From: Lingula anatina
Taxonomy: Eukaryota > Animalia > Brachiopoda
Direction: 5' to 3'
DNA: 64,000 nt
Assembly: GCA_051362555.1 (NCBI GenBank)
Contig: CM120640.1
Coordinates: forward strand, 26,770,225-26,834,224
The notes beneath the pieces are model-generated. The model did not search any database and was not told the DNA's origin. It saw only the letters and a list, made by a program, of their open reading frames with translations. Shown here piece by piece: positions 41,301 through 54,900 of the stretch (the first letter of the stretch is position 1; every line of letters begins with the position of its first letter). Both the position numbers and the translations under genes were made by a program.

Positions 41301-44300
41301 AGTAAAATGTATCTATGAAATATGTATAATCATATATTTTTTATTTGTGTCTGGTTACAACAGTTATATAAATGCATGTCAAGGTATTCCCTCCCCTAAA
41401 AACTCTTTTATTGTTCCCAGAATGAATGGTACAATTCTATCTGTTAAAACAATAAAATTACTTTTTAAAAATTATTTTCACACAGGATATTCCAAATATT
41501 AAGGAACAAAATATCTGTCTTTTATTTCAAGTTTCAGCCCATCTCTCTTATTCCTCATATCATAAGAAACATTCATGCTGTTCGTTCTACATACTGGTTA
41601 CATACGTATATTTACGTATATTCTTGTCTTCACCCATTCAACTCAGATAGACTGATAAATACTTCTCAAGATTCAAGGAGAAACCAAGGTGTTAATGCTC
41701 TTAAGATTTCTACAATTCTCACAAACTTATGAAACATTTATACAGAAATGAAAACAAATGACACACCTGTTGCAATAAGATAAAGATTGACATCAGTTGT
41801 AAAGGAAATCTACAGATTTGGTGAGTAAGCGTTATTTGAGGTGATCTAATTTCATATAGTACCAATGGGTGCTTTTCAGGTTATGTCTGTTATAGCATCA
41901 GCTGAAGAAGTCAATATTAGGTTGATATTAGGTAGACTCGGAAGAAATCATCTAAAATGACTTTTTGGCTTTAATATGCCAGCAGTCTGAAACACTTGAG
42001 AACAATGATACCCAAGTTATAGTTATGACCAATGTGTTTAACAGGTTTTCAGTGCATGACACACCAAGGCTATTGAAAGTACTACAATACTCTGCAGGAT
42101 CTAGTAAGTGCTCTATGCTCTTAACAAAACCTGTTAATGACATGGAAAAGTTGGGAAAAACATTTTCCATCTTTATTATTATTATTATTATTAATCTTTT
42201 TTGCTGTGTTTTATCATATTTTACCCTCCTAAAATTCAATAAAGGAAAATATTTACAAAAATAATTATAGTTTTCAATGGCTTTATTTAAAATTCATAAA
42301 TGTGATCTATTTATCAATGTTCATCTATTCTATTTTTTTACAAAAACAAACAAACAAATGATCTTTACTGTCTCAATCTATGAACAACTCATGGAATTTA
42401 TTCAATAAATTATTTGATTTTTCATCCATCCCTAGTTATTCAAAACTCCAAAATATCAATTTAAAAAAAAAAGGAAAAAAACATGGTGTGCATGGTGATA
42501 CAGGCCAAATAAAGTCACTATCAATGAGCCAGACAACTGTAAACAGCATCTTTCAAAAGTATGTAAACAGTGCAGCAAGACATGGACAGACAAACTGATC
42601 AGAATATTTACAGATACTTACAGTGTCTGTGTATAAAAATGATAAACTTCAGTGCTGAAAAACACTGCTAAATTGCTATGTGTAGCAGCTGTGTGCCAAA
42701 GCAAACCTTGCATATGCCATTAAATAGTGATCAATGAACAATGTTAATAATAGATTTTCCTAATTAGAAGCAGATTAAACTGGATTTCATTTTGCAAGTA
42801 ACAGTATTGCAGCTAACAAGGCTCATCCCACTACAAACAGTATGATCATATACTGCTTTCCCCACTTACCCAGGTAAGATGTAAGCCAAATAAAAGACTA
42901 CTAAAAGCTGATGCCCAAAATTTTAACAAGGCAAGACAAGGAGAAGTCAAATAGAAAAAAGAGACACCAAACATACACTGTTATGGCAACTTATGCCTCC
43001 CCAATATGCAACATATTTCAGCCTATAATGCAAAGAATCCTTATGACAATGCTGTAGTAACAAACCAAATACATGTTGAGAAGTTGTGTGTATGCATCAT
43101 AGGCCACATTCAGAACAGTGGACTAACGTGTCTGAGGATCAAATATGGCTGATCCACTTGAATATTCCCCACAGGGAATCTATTTAGTCAAAACACTGCA
43201 GAAATATTAATTTCATGCAGCTTGTAAATCCGCGTACGCTTCGCTGAGAAACGGCGCAATGAATGACGCTGAGCTGCACGCGCATCTCTCATGTGGAGCC
43301 TATTACGTCACTAGACGGTGATGTGGAATAGCAGATTAGATGGCAAGCTTTTTATTGGATCGTCATAGTTGACCCTTGAACTATTTCATCCACTGTTCTG
43401 AATGTAACCATAAAAGCATGTTGTGTAAGTAGAGTACATAAATGAAAGGGACCAATGTGTTGGACTTATACCATGGATAGGGAAAATAAGGAGTGCAATG
43501 TACTCAGATATGGCAGGGAAAATTATAACATTCCACTTCATCAAAATCCAACTTACAGATTTCCTCTTGGACTGTTCCTGTTCCTCTTGATCACTGTCAC
43601 TGTCCTCATCTAGAAAAAATGTGGCAGAAAAAATTAATGGAATGTAACTCACAATCAATGTTTTTTGGGGCAAAGAATCTATGCAGCATGGTATAAATAT
43701 TTACATCTGCAACAAAGTACATACAAAGCAAAGAAATATGAACCAATCTTTCTATCTTGACATAATTTATTGCTACAGGCAAGACTTCTACTCTCCAAGT
43801 GTCTTCCTTCTTCAAAACTGTTTATAACCATACAGAAAGAAATCTCTTCAACTCCAAAGAGCTAACTTTGCTAGTTTCTGTGTAATAGAACAATTTTGAG
43901 AAAGATGAAGAAATCACAACTATGAATAATCATGCTGCCACAGTAGCTTCTGCTCCTTTTTCATTGATTATACAAAGAATTGGGCATATATCTAAAGGTG
44001 GAATACCAGCTTTAAGTATGTGACAATATTTATCAAGTTCATCAATCTTATTTTCAATTATCAAATTAAATAAAGATAAGAAAAAAGACCTTCCAGTGTC
44101 CCTGAAATGAATATCTTTTTATACTTAGAGTATAAAAAATCACAGCCATCTAAGTCCAAAAATTGACAAATCTTTTAGTTTAATCATTTAAAAATATCTG
44201 CTTCCTTACTCAGTACATTGAAGACTGAGATAAGACTGGCTGACTCTAGTACAGACAGACATTTCTGATCTGATATTTTCATTGGCTGAGAGACACTTGA

Positions 44301-47300
44301 TTGACAGTTTGGCTTGACTGGCAGCTAGGCTTCAAAGTCTTAGGCTCCAAGATACAAAATATAGAGCAACTTGGCACAGATGGCTGTGGTCAACTAAATT
44401 TAAAGCATCTCAGGAAACCAAGAGTGTCACATCTGAATACAAAATGGAATAGACTGAAACATAAGGGATATCAGGATTCATACAGTATACTTAATGTATA
44501 GACTGCACTGATATTGACATCTCTTTTAACACTTCTTTTACATCCTAATTATGATTGAACCACATCACGCATTCTCTGAAATGTGGGTTTCAAAATACTG
44601 CAAACAACGCCCACAGCCCCGCACATCAGCAATTTTGGTTATTGCACAGCATCTGTTATGCAAGCTGGATGACTGGCTAAAAACCACTGACATGCATGAT
44701 GTGAGACCATACTTGTATGCTCTTTTGTATTCACTTTTTTATGAGAGTTCTTTACAGGATTTTAAACATCAAATTCTACTATAATGGCAACATGGTTAAC
44801 CAAGATTTTACGAGAGATCGTTGCGTGATTCCAGAGGTCATTGCGTTGCTCCCTTCTTGGAGGCATGATGTGAGATTAAGTGCCACTTATATACTTGTAT
44901 GCTCTTTTGTATTCACTTTTTTGTGAGTAGTCTTTACAGAATTTTTAACATCAAATTTACTTGTATTGTGTTAGATGTGACACTGATGACTAAGTAAGCT
45001 ACCTTGCTCTTGGTCTTGTTGGGATTCCACTGTTTTTGCTGCTTCAACATCTCCCTCTATACTGACAGCCATGTTCTTATCTGCAAAAACAAGAATAAAA
45101 CTAATAATAATGATAATTTCAAAAGCACTCAAAAACTAACAAAAAGGATTAGGAAATGTATGGGATATGAACTAAGAAAGTGTTGAAAACAATCAGGCAG
45201 CATTATTGATCTTGCAAAAGGTTGTGTATAATGTAAACTATTTTCCTTGAAAATTGATAAAAGTTTGAAAATGTTTTACGAAACTGCTAATTAAAGGTTA
45301 TTAACAAAGCCACATCCAACTCATTTTTCTCATCTACCACAACATACTCTCTGCCCAAATGTCTGGTCTTATACAATGCTAGCTGATGTTAGACCTAAAA
45401 CACTTGTCTCAGCTCATGTTATAGACTGACACACTGCCATGTCCATCACACTGTCATACCAAACACTGACACAGAAGACACTTTCTCACCTATCACAATG
45501 TCACACTTGACACATTTGTTACATTTCCCACACTGTCACACCTACCACATGCTTCCTTATAGGCTGATGACTGCATGTACAGGACATACAGTGGCTGAGG
45601 AAGATGTTGTGCAGTCTGGTGCTGCTCTTGGATCTCATCAAATCTCATGTTCAGAGACTCTTGCACTGGTTTGGTGGCCTGGGAGAAAATAACGTGTTAC
45701 ATGGTGTGATATAATCCGTGTTAAGTTCTGCGCTTGAATAATACAGATCAAGTTTGAAATACTCATTGTAACTAACTCCTACAAAACAATATATTTCATG
45801 ACATGATAAAATTGCATAAGCATGTATAAATTAAACATAAAATCTGTGAATTATCTGTGAAATGTTGATTTAATCCTACAAACCTGCATTATAGAGACAA
45901 GTTTAGGCTGTAAGCTCTCTAAGTATTCCTTCTTGCTTTTGATATCTTGGGATATCAAGTTCTTGCTATTTTGAGTCTCCTTGAAATTTGCAGACAACCT
46001 TCAATATAAATCATGTTCATTATGTATGAAACAAATCAAGCAGCAATTTGGAAAATCACAAATCACATCTATTTACCAACTAACTTCCATGATCTTAAAA
46101 GAAACCTCGGAGTATTTTCAAAAATAAAAGACACAGCACATTTAAACTAAACTGTTATATCTGTCTAAACTGTGATCTTATTAGACGTCTTTACATCACC
46201 TTTTTCTCTGTTCTAGCTCCCACTCCAATCTGGCCAGGGTCTGCTGATGTGGGTCATTCTTGGTTACCTCCTAAAACAAAGTAAAGAATTCAAATGTCAA
46301 AGATCTTTTACAAAGTTACCCAACAAAGAGTTATTCTATTAGCCTTCTAATTCCTTTTCTTCTCTCTTTTACTTAAAGTCAAGGGTAGAATTGCTTTATT
46401 TCAGGAGAAAAAGATAATGTAAATGAATTTAAGCCTATTCAGTAAACAGCAAGACCATTAACCACAACTTGAAATCAAGCTAAATATATGAGCAAAGGTG
46501 GTGAGATTGTAAAGTCAGTTGTTGTATGGCAGACCAAATGTACAAAGGAGGCTGAGAGTTTAAAACCCAATGGTTACCAATTTGTGTCACCCCTTTATAA
46601 GCATGTTACAGGTAGTGTATCCCTTTACCCAGGTGTTGAAATGGGTATCAACATGTGTTGGGAGTAACCTGTGACAGACTAGTTAGTATTCAGTTCAAGT
46701 GAATCAGGGAAAACTATACTGATAACCAGCAGCTTAATTAATCCCTAGTGAATTCCCATATTCCACATGTAAGTAGCAGACTTCACAGGAAAAAACGGTC
46801 AATAAAAATGTGAAGTTCAAAACTCACCGGTCTTGATATTTCTGGGGGTGCCTCTTTATAGAAATCTTCCACGCCGACAAGGTCTATTTCTTCATCTTTG
46901 GACCTGAATAAAAAAAAGTTGCATGTTAAGAAAACTGCTTTAGCTGAGAAAACGAAATAGACCAAAATTCAGTGGATTTTAACACAGTGGTGGGTAGCCA
47001 ATTTAACCTCACCCAAATACATGAGAGTAAATAATGAAATGAAAAGTTTATGCTCGAAAAATGCTTATCATCTATCACTCAAATAAAGAGAAGTGTATAA
47101 TGAAACGAAAAGTTTATGCTTGTAAAATACTTATCATCTATTTTTTATCACTGTAACTTAAAATTAGGCTAAATCTTATCAATAATGAAAAACTCTTACT
47201 TAAACTCCAGACACTTTGTAATTTCCTTCTGCAAATGCATGACTTCATACAGCAGGTTCTGTAACTGTAGGTGATATTGGTCTATCTTCTGTTTGGCCTG

Positions 47301-48696
47301 GTAAATCATGAAAATACTTTATAAATTCATTATAAAAAATGCTGATTCACCCTTTCCTTACAAAAATGCCAGCTGTGTTTTATTGATATTTGGAGTAGAG
47401 CGACATGTTTTAATAAGTATCTTATCCCCAGTGAAAGCAAGGTACAAATTAACATACTTTGAATGAATATAGGTTGATTATAAGTTAAAATAAAAAAACT
47501 TTACCTCATTGGTTGATTACAAGCTAAAATAAAAATCTATACCTCGTTGGTGCTGTCCCTCACTTTCTTGCAGCGGATGTGTGCCAAACGGTTGAGTTTC
47601 TTGAGCACAAGAAACTGAAGTGTGCCCTGTGTACGCAGCTCCTCCATCTCTCCCTGAAAGCACAAGTTTTTGCATGTATAAATAAAAAGTTTTCTGGAAA
47701 AAAATAATCATTAATTGAATTAAAAAGAAAAGCAAACTCTTTTATTTACGCTTATCATCTAGTTCACAAAAATGATACAAGTCAGTCTGAAAATTATACA
47801 AACAGTGATAAGTTCTAAGAAATTGAATAAACACCTTTTCTTTGAACACACATTTATCACTTTTGTGTATATCACAGGTGCTTGTGTCTCACCGTGTCTG
47901 GTTTACCAGCGTCCTTCATTGCTGATATACTTTTAATGGAATTCCTTATCTCACTGCATGCCTGCTTATGTTCCTTTAAGTCATCCAGTGGATCTCTCTT
48001 CTCTACTTCATCCTCTTCTGAGAACTGACGGCCAGTCTGCAATAATCATATGGAAAATAAAAGAAGTTTAAGAGTAACAATTGGTGAATATACTGATGTT
48101 TCAGCATGAACACTTAATGTTTGTTAACCCATGAGTGATCTCACACTAAAACGTACAATACACAGCAATACAGCGCAATTCACAAGTCCAGTCACAAGTA
48201 AACACAGGAAAGTCATTCACAAAAAAATAGGGTGATATAAAAGTGAAATATATTACTAGGTAATTAATATTGTTGATACAATTTAAGAAATTGGCGCGAC
48301 TTTTTTTATCTTCTGACTTCACTTTACATTTGGTCACATTCATACACACAGGTAAGATAGACCTTTTTTTGAAGATAAAGCTCTTTAGACTCCGATTCTT
48401 TGCCACAAAGTCAGTACAGAGACTAATAACTGGGCTTCACAAGTTCATGCTAAATAGCTTTTAGTTAAATATTTTATATGTTATATATAACTTCGGTTCC
48501 AACTTACAAAGTTATAAACTTACTGGTACAATTAACTTACATGAAATTAACAACAATATCTTATCTAAATTAAAGTTTTAATTACCGATAGCTCGTTCTT
48601 CGGCTTTTTAGCTACCTGGATCTTTGGGGCACTTATTTCTGGTCGTATTGTCCTTTTCTTCTTCTTTTCTTTCTCTTTTGGCGAACTTGCAGACAT
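17983..48696 (-). CDS. THOC5: THO complex subunit 5 (FMIP), 19 coding exons, 689 aa
   Basis: Exons (minus): 48696-48586, 48036-47893, 47653-47543, 47297-47200, 46903-46828, 46270-46200, 45998-45884, 45678-45546, 45080-45003, 43609-43557, 39421-39319, 35904-35793, 35221-35120, 34087-33888, 30336-30233, 29616-29529, 27427-27312, 23731-23541, 18046-17983. Total 2070 nt, all GT-AG with consistent phases. Peptides [74 protein letters not shown] and the C-terminal [10 protein letters not shown]...FTQR* match vertebrate THOC5 as recalled. Confidence 0.97.
20301..20338. repeat. (AC)n microsatellite
   Basis: Directly visible. Confidence 0.95.
20850..23350. repeat. Tandem duplication (~1178-bp period) of a composite Helentron/HINE- or satellite-like repeat
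   Basis: Near-identical blocks, e.g. gcagtgcccaaaatagg at ~21343 and ~22520. Internal core ataacttcta..atggcccgat..ttttcgaacttgacctgcgtttt recurs at about 20945, 21081, 21943, 22099, 22258 and 23129. Variable GGCGAC/GGCATCGCCATC microsatellite at ~21223, 22400 and 23270. Confidence 0.9.
25987..26870 (+). mobile_element. Degenerate non-autonomous Helentron/DINE-like element fragments
   Basis: attacctctgcaaggaagttatttt head followed by a GTTT/CTGT microsatellite, and later ttgatgaaattttcagga...tgattagattttg segments, typical of this repeat class as recalled. Confidence 0.45.
27050..27218. mobile_element. 169-bp MITE with CAGGGGC termini and 5-bp target-site duplication
   Basis: Termini caggggcgaatt... 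and ...ggatctgcccctg; ACTTC directly flanks both ends (27045-27049 and 27219-27223). Confidence 0.7.
28813..29059. mobile_element. Foldback/MITE palindrome with ~100-bp arms
   Basis: gctaggccgcaacctaaatatggcggacctacatgaaaggaagactg pairs with cagtcttcctttcatgtaggtccaccatatttaggtcgcagcctagc; pairing continues inward to ccacatgtcg/cgacatgtgg. A related short TIR element sits just upstream (~28652-28780). Confidence 0.85.
30880..31855 (-). mobile_element. 5'-truncated, decayed RTE-type LINE (3' part of ORF plus (TGA)n tail)
   Basis: Minus-strand translation with stops and frameshifts: [13 protein letters not shown]...[69 protein letters not shown]...VKKIW; ends in a tgatgatga repeat. Confidence 0.85.
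31897..31996. repeat. Compound tetranucleotide microsatellite (ATCT/ATCC, CAAA, CAGA, GATA)
   Basis: Directly visible. Confidence 0.9.
36052..36080. repeat. (AC)n microsatellite
   Basis: Directly visible. Confidence 0.95.
36290..37060 (-). mobile_element. Decayed Tc1-like DDE transposase
   Basis: Minus-strand motifs [12 protein letters not shown] (W..V.FSDESRF), [13 protein letters not shown] (GGGSVMVWG), [12 protein letters not shown] (FQQDNARPH), YSPEMHP (SPDLNP), [10 protein letters not shown]...SMR; frameshifts present. Confidence 0.85.
43135..43350. mobile_element. Fragment of the same TIR family as 28652-28780, CpG-rich
   Basis: atatggctgatccacttgaat...cccc...gaatctatt is the reverse complement of sequence at ~28720-28772; local CpG cluster. 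Confidence 0.6.
44695..44960. repeat. Direct repeat, two ~90-bp copies
   Basis: catgatgtgaga...atacttgtatgctcttttgtattcactttttt...tctttaca...aacatcaaatt at ~44695-44780 and ~44864-44960. Confidence 0.85.
46485..46730 (+). mobile_element. Degenerate tRNA-derived SINE (CORE-like central domain)
   Basis: ccctttacccaggtgttgaaatgggtatc...gggagtaacctgtgacagactag resembles the conserved SINE core and tail; decayed A/B-box-like head upstream. Confidence 0.55.
47031..47141. repeat. Short direct repeat (~45 bp x2)
   Basis: ataatgaaa(t/c)gaaaagtttatgct...ttatcatctat occurs twice, ~66 bp apart. Confidence 0.8.
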
Positions 48697-48946
48697 TTTC
48701 AAAGGGGTTGTGTTCGTTTCAAGTTTCCACGCTCCTGTTGAACAGGAAGTAGCCGGCTTTTATTGAATCCGCAGTAAATGCAAAAGGGGTTGACATATTG
48801 ATAAAATAATCAAAAACAGTCTATTAGCTACATATTGTTAATTTTGTAATTTTTCTTATAGCTTTTATTGAAAGTAAAAATAATTTTTTCACTTGTTCTT
48901 GATAAAAAATACCAATCACCGATACGGACTGGGTATGGAAACAAAT
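48697..48946. promoter_or_regulatory. Bidirectional promoter shared by THOC5 and PI4KA
   Basis: Divergent ATGs only ~250 bp apart; ETS motif ACAGGAAGT 48742-48750; CCAAT ~48912; YY1-like AATATGGCC over the PI4KA start; local CpG retention. Confidence 0.8.
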
Positions 48947-51900
48947 ATGGCCACTAGTAGAGAGAAGTTTCATTTTGACACTCTCAAACATCTCTCAAGA
49001 TCACTAGCGGCTCTGAACCCAACACCTTGGGAGAAGGTATGTAATAAAAAATATCTGTCCTCTTTTGGGAAACATTTTAGTGTATATGTTTAACAAGGAA
49101 TCAAACATGACGTATCACAACACTCGGAGCATCCGCCCAATTAACTGTTGACACTTCACCGGTCAGCTTCGTAGAAAGTTTGAAGGTTATGTTCATTTTC
49201 AGTGCCATCTTATATGCTGAATCCTGTACCAAGTTTAGGAGTAATTATACTTAGCAGTGCACTCTGCTTTATACTGAAACTGCTTGTATATCTGCGATCA
49301 TGCTTATACGTGGAAGGCTGAACTAAGAATCAAAATAACAGCTTTATCACGTAGATATGTGCTGTGTGCATTTTATACATTGTATCATATGTATGTATGC
49401 AGGCATGTATGTATGTATGAACTTGGACTAATAAAATATTTTATTCGCTTAAGGTATGAACAGATATATGCACCTATACAAGCATATACAGAATGTTTGC
49501 AAAAGACTATTTATACACTTATTGGTTCATTTTAGGTTAGCCGCTTGCTATCTTTGTGCCCAGTGCCAACCAGCCATGGTGTTTTACATCTTGATCAAAG
49601 ATCGCACAATGCAATCACTGCATTAGGAATTTATTTCTTGGAATCTGGCTTGCAGGTAGAGTATGGGCGCAGGAATTAATGTCAGTGCAACTGTTCTTCA
49701 AGCTGAATTGAATTTCTGTAAACTGGTTGGTAAGTTATTCTTGTTCAAAACTGTTGCAAGAGAGCAAACGGATAAGACTATTGCATACCCTGGGATCAGT
49801 TTTATAGTTAAGATGATTTTGATTTATTATTGAATTTATGTTTTTTTTTATTTCAGTATGCTGACAAGCTGCTCCCATATTTACTTAACACATTGAAGGG
49901 GTTGGTAAATGCACAATGGATAGAAAGTGCACACAGAAGTCCAGAGTACAGTAAGTGCTATGCTATGTGTGGTGGTCAATGTTACAAAAACACAGAAGGG
50001 TTAATTGCACTAGTGGGTGTTTTCAGCTTAGAGTGAATTCTAGTTTTAAAATTATTTTGAATTGCATTGATATTATTTCACCTAAAACTTAAATTTTCAC
50101 CTGATTATGTGCTTACCACAAGTTGAACTGTATTCTACCGTTTTTTTTTTTCAATATCAGGACTTCCACTTAGTGAGTGCTTCAGTTTCTGTCTGAATAC
50201 ACTGCTGAGTGATGTGGCTCAAAGGGATGAAGCTTTACAAGAACAGGTATACAATATAAAGTCTTAGAATTGAAAACACAAAACAGGTTATTTTATGGAC
50301 ATTAATATTATATTGTTTAGTGTGATAGTAAGATACTTAGAACAGTCGGATTATTTAAAGAAATCTGTTTTACTACCCTTTAGTTATTATAAAGTATAAA
50401 AAAGGTAATAATTATAAATGTGCACAAGAACTTACTTTTATTTCTTAATTCAGATTGTGTCCTCACAACTTGAAGTATTTCAAGTACTTTGTAAAATGAT
50501 TCAGGGATCCCAAGATATTCCAAAAGGTGAGATCGGATATCTTTCTTAGGAAATGAGAAAATATTCCTTTCTTATCAAAAAATGTCTTTTGAGGTATACT
50601 TTTTAGATAATCCTAATAATTTTACTACAGTGTATTGATTTATCTATGACTGCTTAAATTTTGTTTTATTTTATTTTTGAATTTAATGTTTCAAAGGCTA
50701 TGAAGTGGCCTTTCTCAGAAAATAAGAGGTCATAGATGTTGATGTCATCAATTTTCAGGTATTTTTTTTACTAGTTTTAGTTAGTTTTTATATTTTATTT
50801 TTAAACATTTTCAAACATTAGCAGATTAGTTAAACTTTCAATTAGTTAAATTCACTTTATGTATATTATAAACTTTTTAGTGAATTATGGATATTTTGTG
50901 ATATATTTTGATATGCAGCTGAGGATCCAGGTAAGTACTGAAATGTGCTGGATAACATTATCATGTTGTTCCAATTTGCGAAAAACAATTTACAACCATA
51001 ACACATTATATATTCCACTGTAAATAGTTTTTAGGAGGTGCATTTTTTCTCTCTGTGTACTTTGCTTTTATTGAAACACTCATATTCATGAATTATAAAA
51101 AGTTTCAGGAATATTTTATGAAGTTTTTAACCAACTGGATGTTATTAAATTTTATGGCTGTGCTTTAACAGAATTGACTTTCCTACTCTATATTTCAGTG
51201 GTGCTCTGTAAATCAGTTATCCCAGTATTCCTTGGACTGGTAAGGGCTCTGGGGAGAACTAGCAGTCAAGACACCCCTCTCCTGTGTCAGCTTTTCCCCC
51301 CAGAATCAGCACTTTCTACTCAAGTGGACGTTGATGAAGTAGATTTATCACAGCGCAGAAGCTTTACAGATTTTCGCCCAATTATTCCAAGGAACTTATC
51401 TCAAAATTTGCTCAAATCCCCCGACAGACCCAAAAGTCCCAGAATTGATGTAGATGGCGCTGTTAGCAGGAGGAGATCAAAATCTCCATCCCCAGTGACA
51501 GACTTTGTGGCGCAGCCAGAGACCTGGCATGAGGAGCTAGTGGACCCTGCAACATTTTATTTTAACACCCCAGGTTCATGTTTCACTAGGAAAAGAAACA
51601 AGGGGCCAACACCTGGTCAGAGACTGATATCCTTCTCTAGCAGTGATGTACAGCTGCTGCTGACATGGGTAGGTGACAAAGAATTGTAAAATTAAGTAAT
51701 GGTTTGTATCAGCAAAGATATCTTTTATCCCTTGGTCAGTTTTTTTATCCTAGTCCTAAATAAATGGGATAGCCAAATGTTCATAATGTGAATTTGCAGT
51801 TCAAATGTTACCATGGCATTTAGATGTCATAATAATGTATACTAACCCAGCTATGCAAAAGATGTAAATTTTGGGACATGATTATGTCACTTTACTATTT

Positions 51901-54900
51901 GTAACCTCGCCATTTTCATTTTTTTTTATTAGGCTAGAAAACTTTTGAGCAAGGAAAAGTTACAAAGCATAGATGTGGCTGCATCAAGCTTGTTTGCAGT
52001 AAGTACATTATTTAGACTTTTCTGTCACACATGACTGTTACCTTAGTGAGAAAGTGCCCCATGGTTTTAATTTGCTATTATGGTGGTCTTCAATTGAATT
52101 TTCAAATCAGTTTTATATCAAAGTTAGCAGTTGTAATAGCAAAGGGTGCAAGATCATGCTGTCAATTATTTACCAGGGCTCTTGTGTCATTATATTATCA
52201 ACTGCATATTTTTCCCATTGAATAGGGTTCCCAGCACCAAAGGTTCCCATACAAAAGCTTTAGTGAGACCATCAGCCTGGTGCTAGTGGCAATGCTGAGA
52301 GACATATTGAAGCATAACAAAGGTAAGTTACATTTAGCATTGTATAGTTCTATGGCAGCATTCTACTCTGCTTGGGTTGATTTTTCTTTCTTTTCTTCTA
52401 GTATTATGTATAATTTGAATAATGTATATTGAATTAATGAGAGTAAATGCAACTAAACAGGAAACCGTCTATCACAGACATCTTTTATGTGTTTTATAGA
52501 TCTAGCAGCTGCTTTTACCAAAGAAGTCCAGGAGTTTGTGAAAGTTGTTTATAAATCAGGCCAGAAGGATTTACTAAGCCGCCAGCACGATCATGGAGAG
52601 AAGGCTGAGAAGAGGGGGGAGGTCAATCCTTTCAGCTTGACTGTGGCCAGTAACTCTGCCTGTATAGAGCTCCTGTTCTGGGCAGTCCAAGATGAAACAG
52701 GTTGGTGACATATTCATCTTGCCTCATATAAAAACAATCAAAAGCACTGGTTGTTTTGTCGGTTGATAAATGAACATGTAGCTAAAGAGATTGTTCAGCA
52801 CCAAATGTTCAGGTAAATCCCCAAATGAATCTTTAAGTTTAAAATCTGAACATGGATGACTTGCCCAATATAATACAACTTACATTGTAGGTGGGTTGGT
52901 GTTGCAAATGAAATTTAACTTTTATCGTAACAATTTGTTTCAGAGGCAGAGACACTGCTGTACAGTCGTCTGACAGAGAGACTTAGCACACCTATTGAGT
53001 TCAAAGTGCTCATGGCTCACTACCCTCTGTTGGTGGTCTGTCTTCAGGTAAGAAAGTCTTTTCATACATCTTTTATGTATTTTTGATTATGTATATAGTT
53101 CACATTAAAGAAAATGATACCTAACTAGAAAGAAGCCAACATTATACATACTCTCTAGAACACAAAGTGATACTAAGCCATTCTAATACCATCAATTTTA
53201 CAAGAAAGAAAAAAAAAGAAAAAAAAATGATAAATAACTAGCAAAGAAACAGAAGCAAGTAGTAATGTCTTCATTTTTAAAATCAGTGATGAGAATGAAT
53301 TAGATGGTATGAAATTAACCTTATTACACTAGTCTACATCCTTCACTGTCCTTTTTAGGCCTTGGGAAGAATGGCTGAGAAGTTTCCCACTCTTGCCAAC
53401 ACTACCATCATTTCCCTGCGTGACTTTATGGTGAACCCTTCTCCCATCATTGCCAAACTTAACCGGCGGCTCACTGATGACGGTGTGAAGAAAGTTGGGG
53501 ACTTGAGCATCACAGTGACAGATGAGAGCAAACCTATCAAACCTCAGGTGGGAAAATCTAAGAGCAGGAATAAGGTTGCAGCAGCCATGGAAAATTTGAG
53601 AGACACTGCCATTGAAAATGTTTGCAGGTATGTTGTTTTCTGTTGGATTTTTTTTTTAATATATTTTTTTACATGATTTTTCATTTTTTTCTGTAATCGT
53701 ACAAGGAAACAGAAGCTGAAGGAATTCTCATTGAATTTCAGGGATTTCATTTTTGTAGTTGTTACAGTGTAATCACTGGTTCTGTAAGTAATAATGATTT
53801 ACACTTTGCACATTTCTTAGACTAAGTACAGTGTTACATTTTCACATTTTCCAGAGCATTGAAGGCAGGATTAACCATAGATCCAGATTGTGTTCAAGCT
53901 TTCTTAGCCTCGTTGTCTAACAGGTTGTACATTAGTGAATCAAGTGACAGGTAAGATTTGTTACAAATAAAATGTAAATAGAGTTAATTATTATGTAAAA
54001 GCTGAAATTCATCACACTGGTAAATGAATTGATTGTTTAAGTTTTATTAAGTATTGTGTTGCTATTAAAAATTTTGGAGTGGAAATGTATTCCATTGTGG
54101 TACTAGAGTAATAAATGGCATCATATTTTATGTTTCAGAGACTCCAACGTAATTACCCATAACACCATCCTGCTCCTAGGACACGTTGCAGTGTCTCTGA
54201 AGGACACCCCTAAGACAGCAGAGTCTGTGCTGCAGGTCTTTCAGCAGAGGTTCTGTAATCCTCCTTCAAACTTTGACAAACTGATTGTGGATCAGCTGGG
54301 TTGTATGATCATAGCTGGATGTGTAAGTTGGGGAGAGGGTTTTGTAATTTTTCATCAGCTAAGTGGAATCGTGTTAAAAATGCATTAAAATATTTTGTGA
54401 AAGTACAAAATAGATAAATGATTCCAGACCCAGAATTTGAAGAATTTATCCTCTAATAAAATTGTCATTGCAGCCCAGTATCCAGCAGCAGGTTCTGGAT
54501 ATGTTCAAGATGATCAGCATAGAGAGCAGCAGTGCCTACAGCAAGCCCTCTAGTCACCAGGGATACAGGTAACAAATCTTGAGGTTTAAATTTTAAGATA
54601 ACAGTCAGTTTTTTAGTCAGTTTCAACATGGATGGTTGTTAGGTAATGATTCTGTTTTACCATTTTTACTCGTAATTGGAGAAAAGCTGAAAACTTCTAT
54701 GTGAAACTTTTTTCATTGCTCAATTTATTAATCAAAATATAAACCCCATTTCAGACATGTATCTGGGGCAGTGATCAATGCGTATGCTAACATAGCAGCC
54801 AGTCTACAGGAGGACTCAGATCTGTATGACCTGCTGGCAGGACTACTGGAATTGTTTGTACAGTTGGGACTGGAGGGAAAGAGGGCCAGTGAAAAGACAT

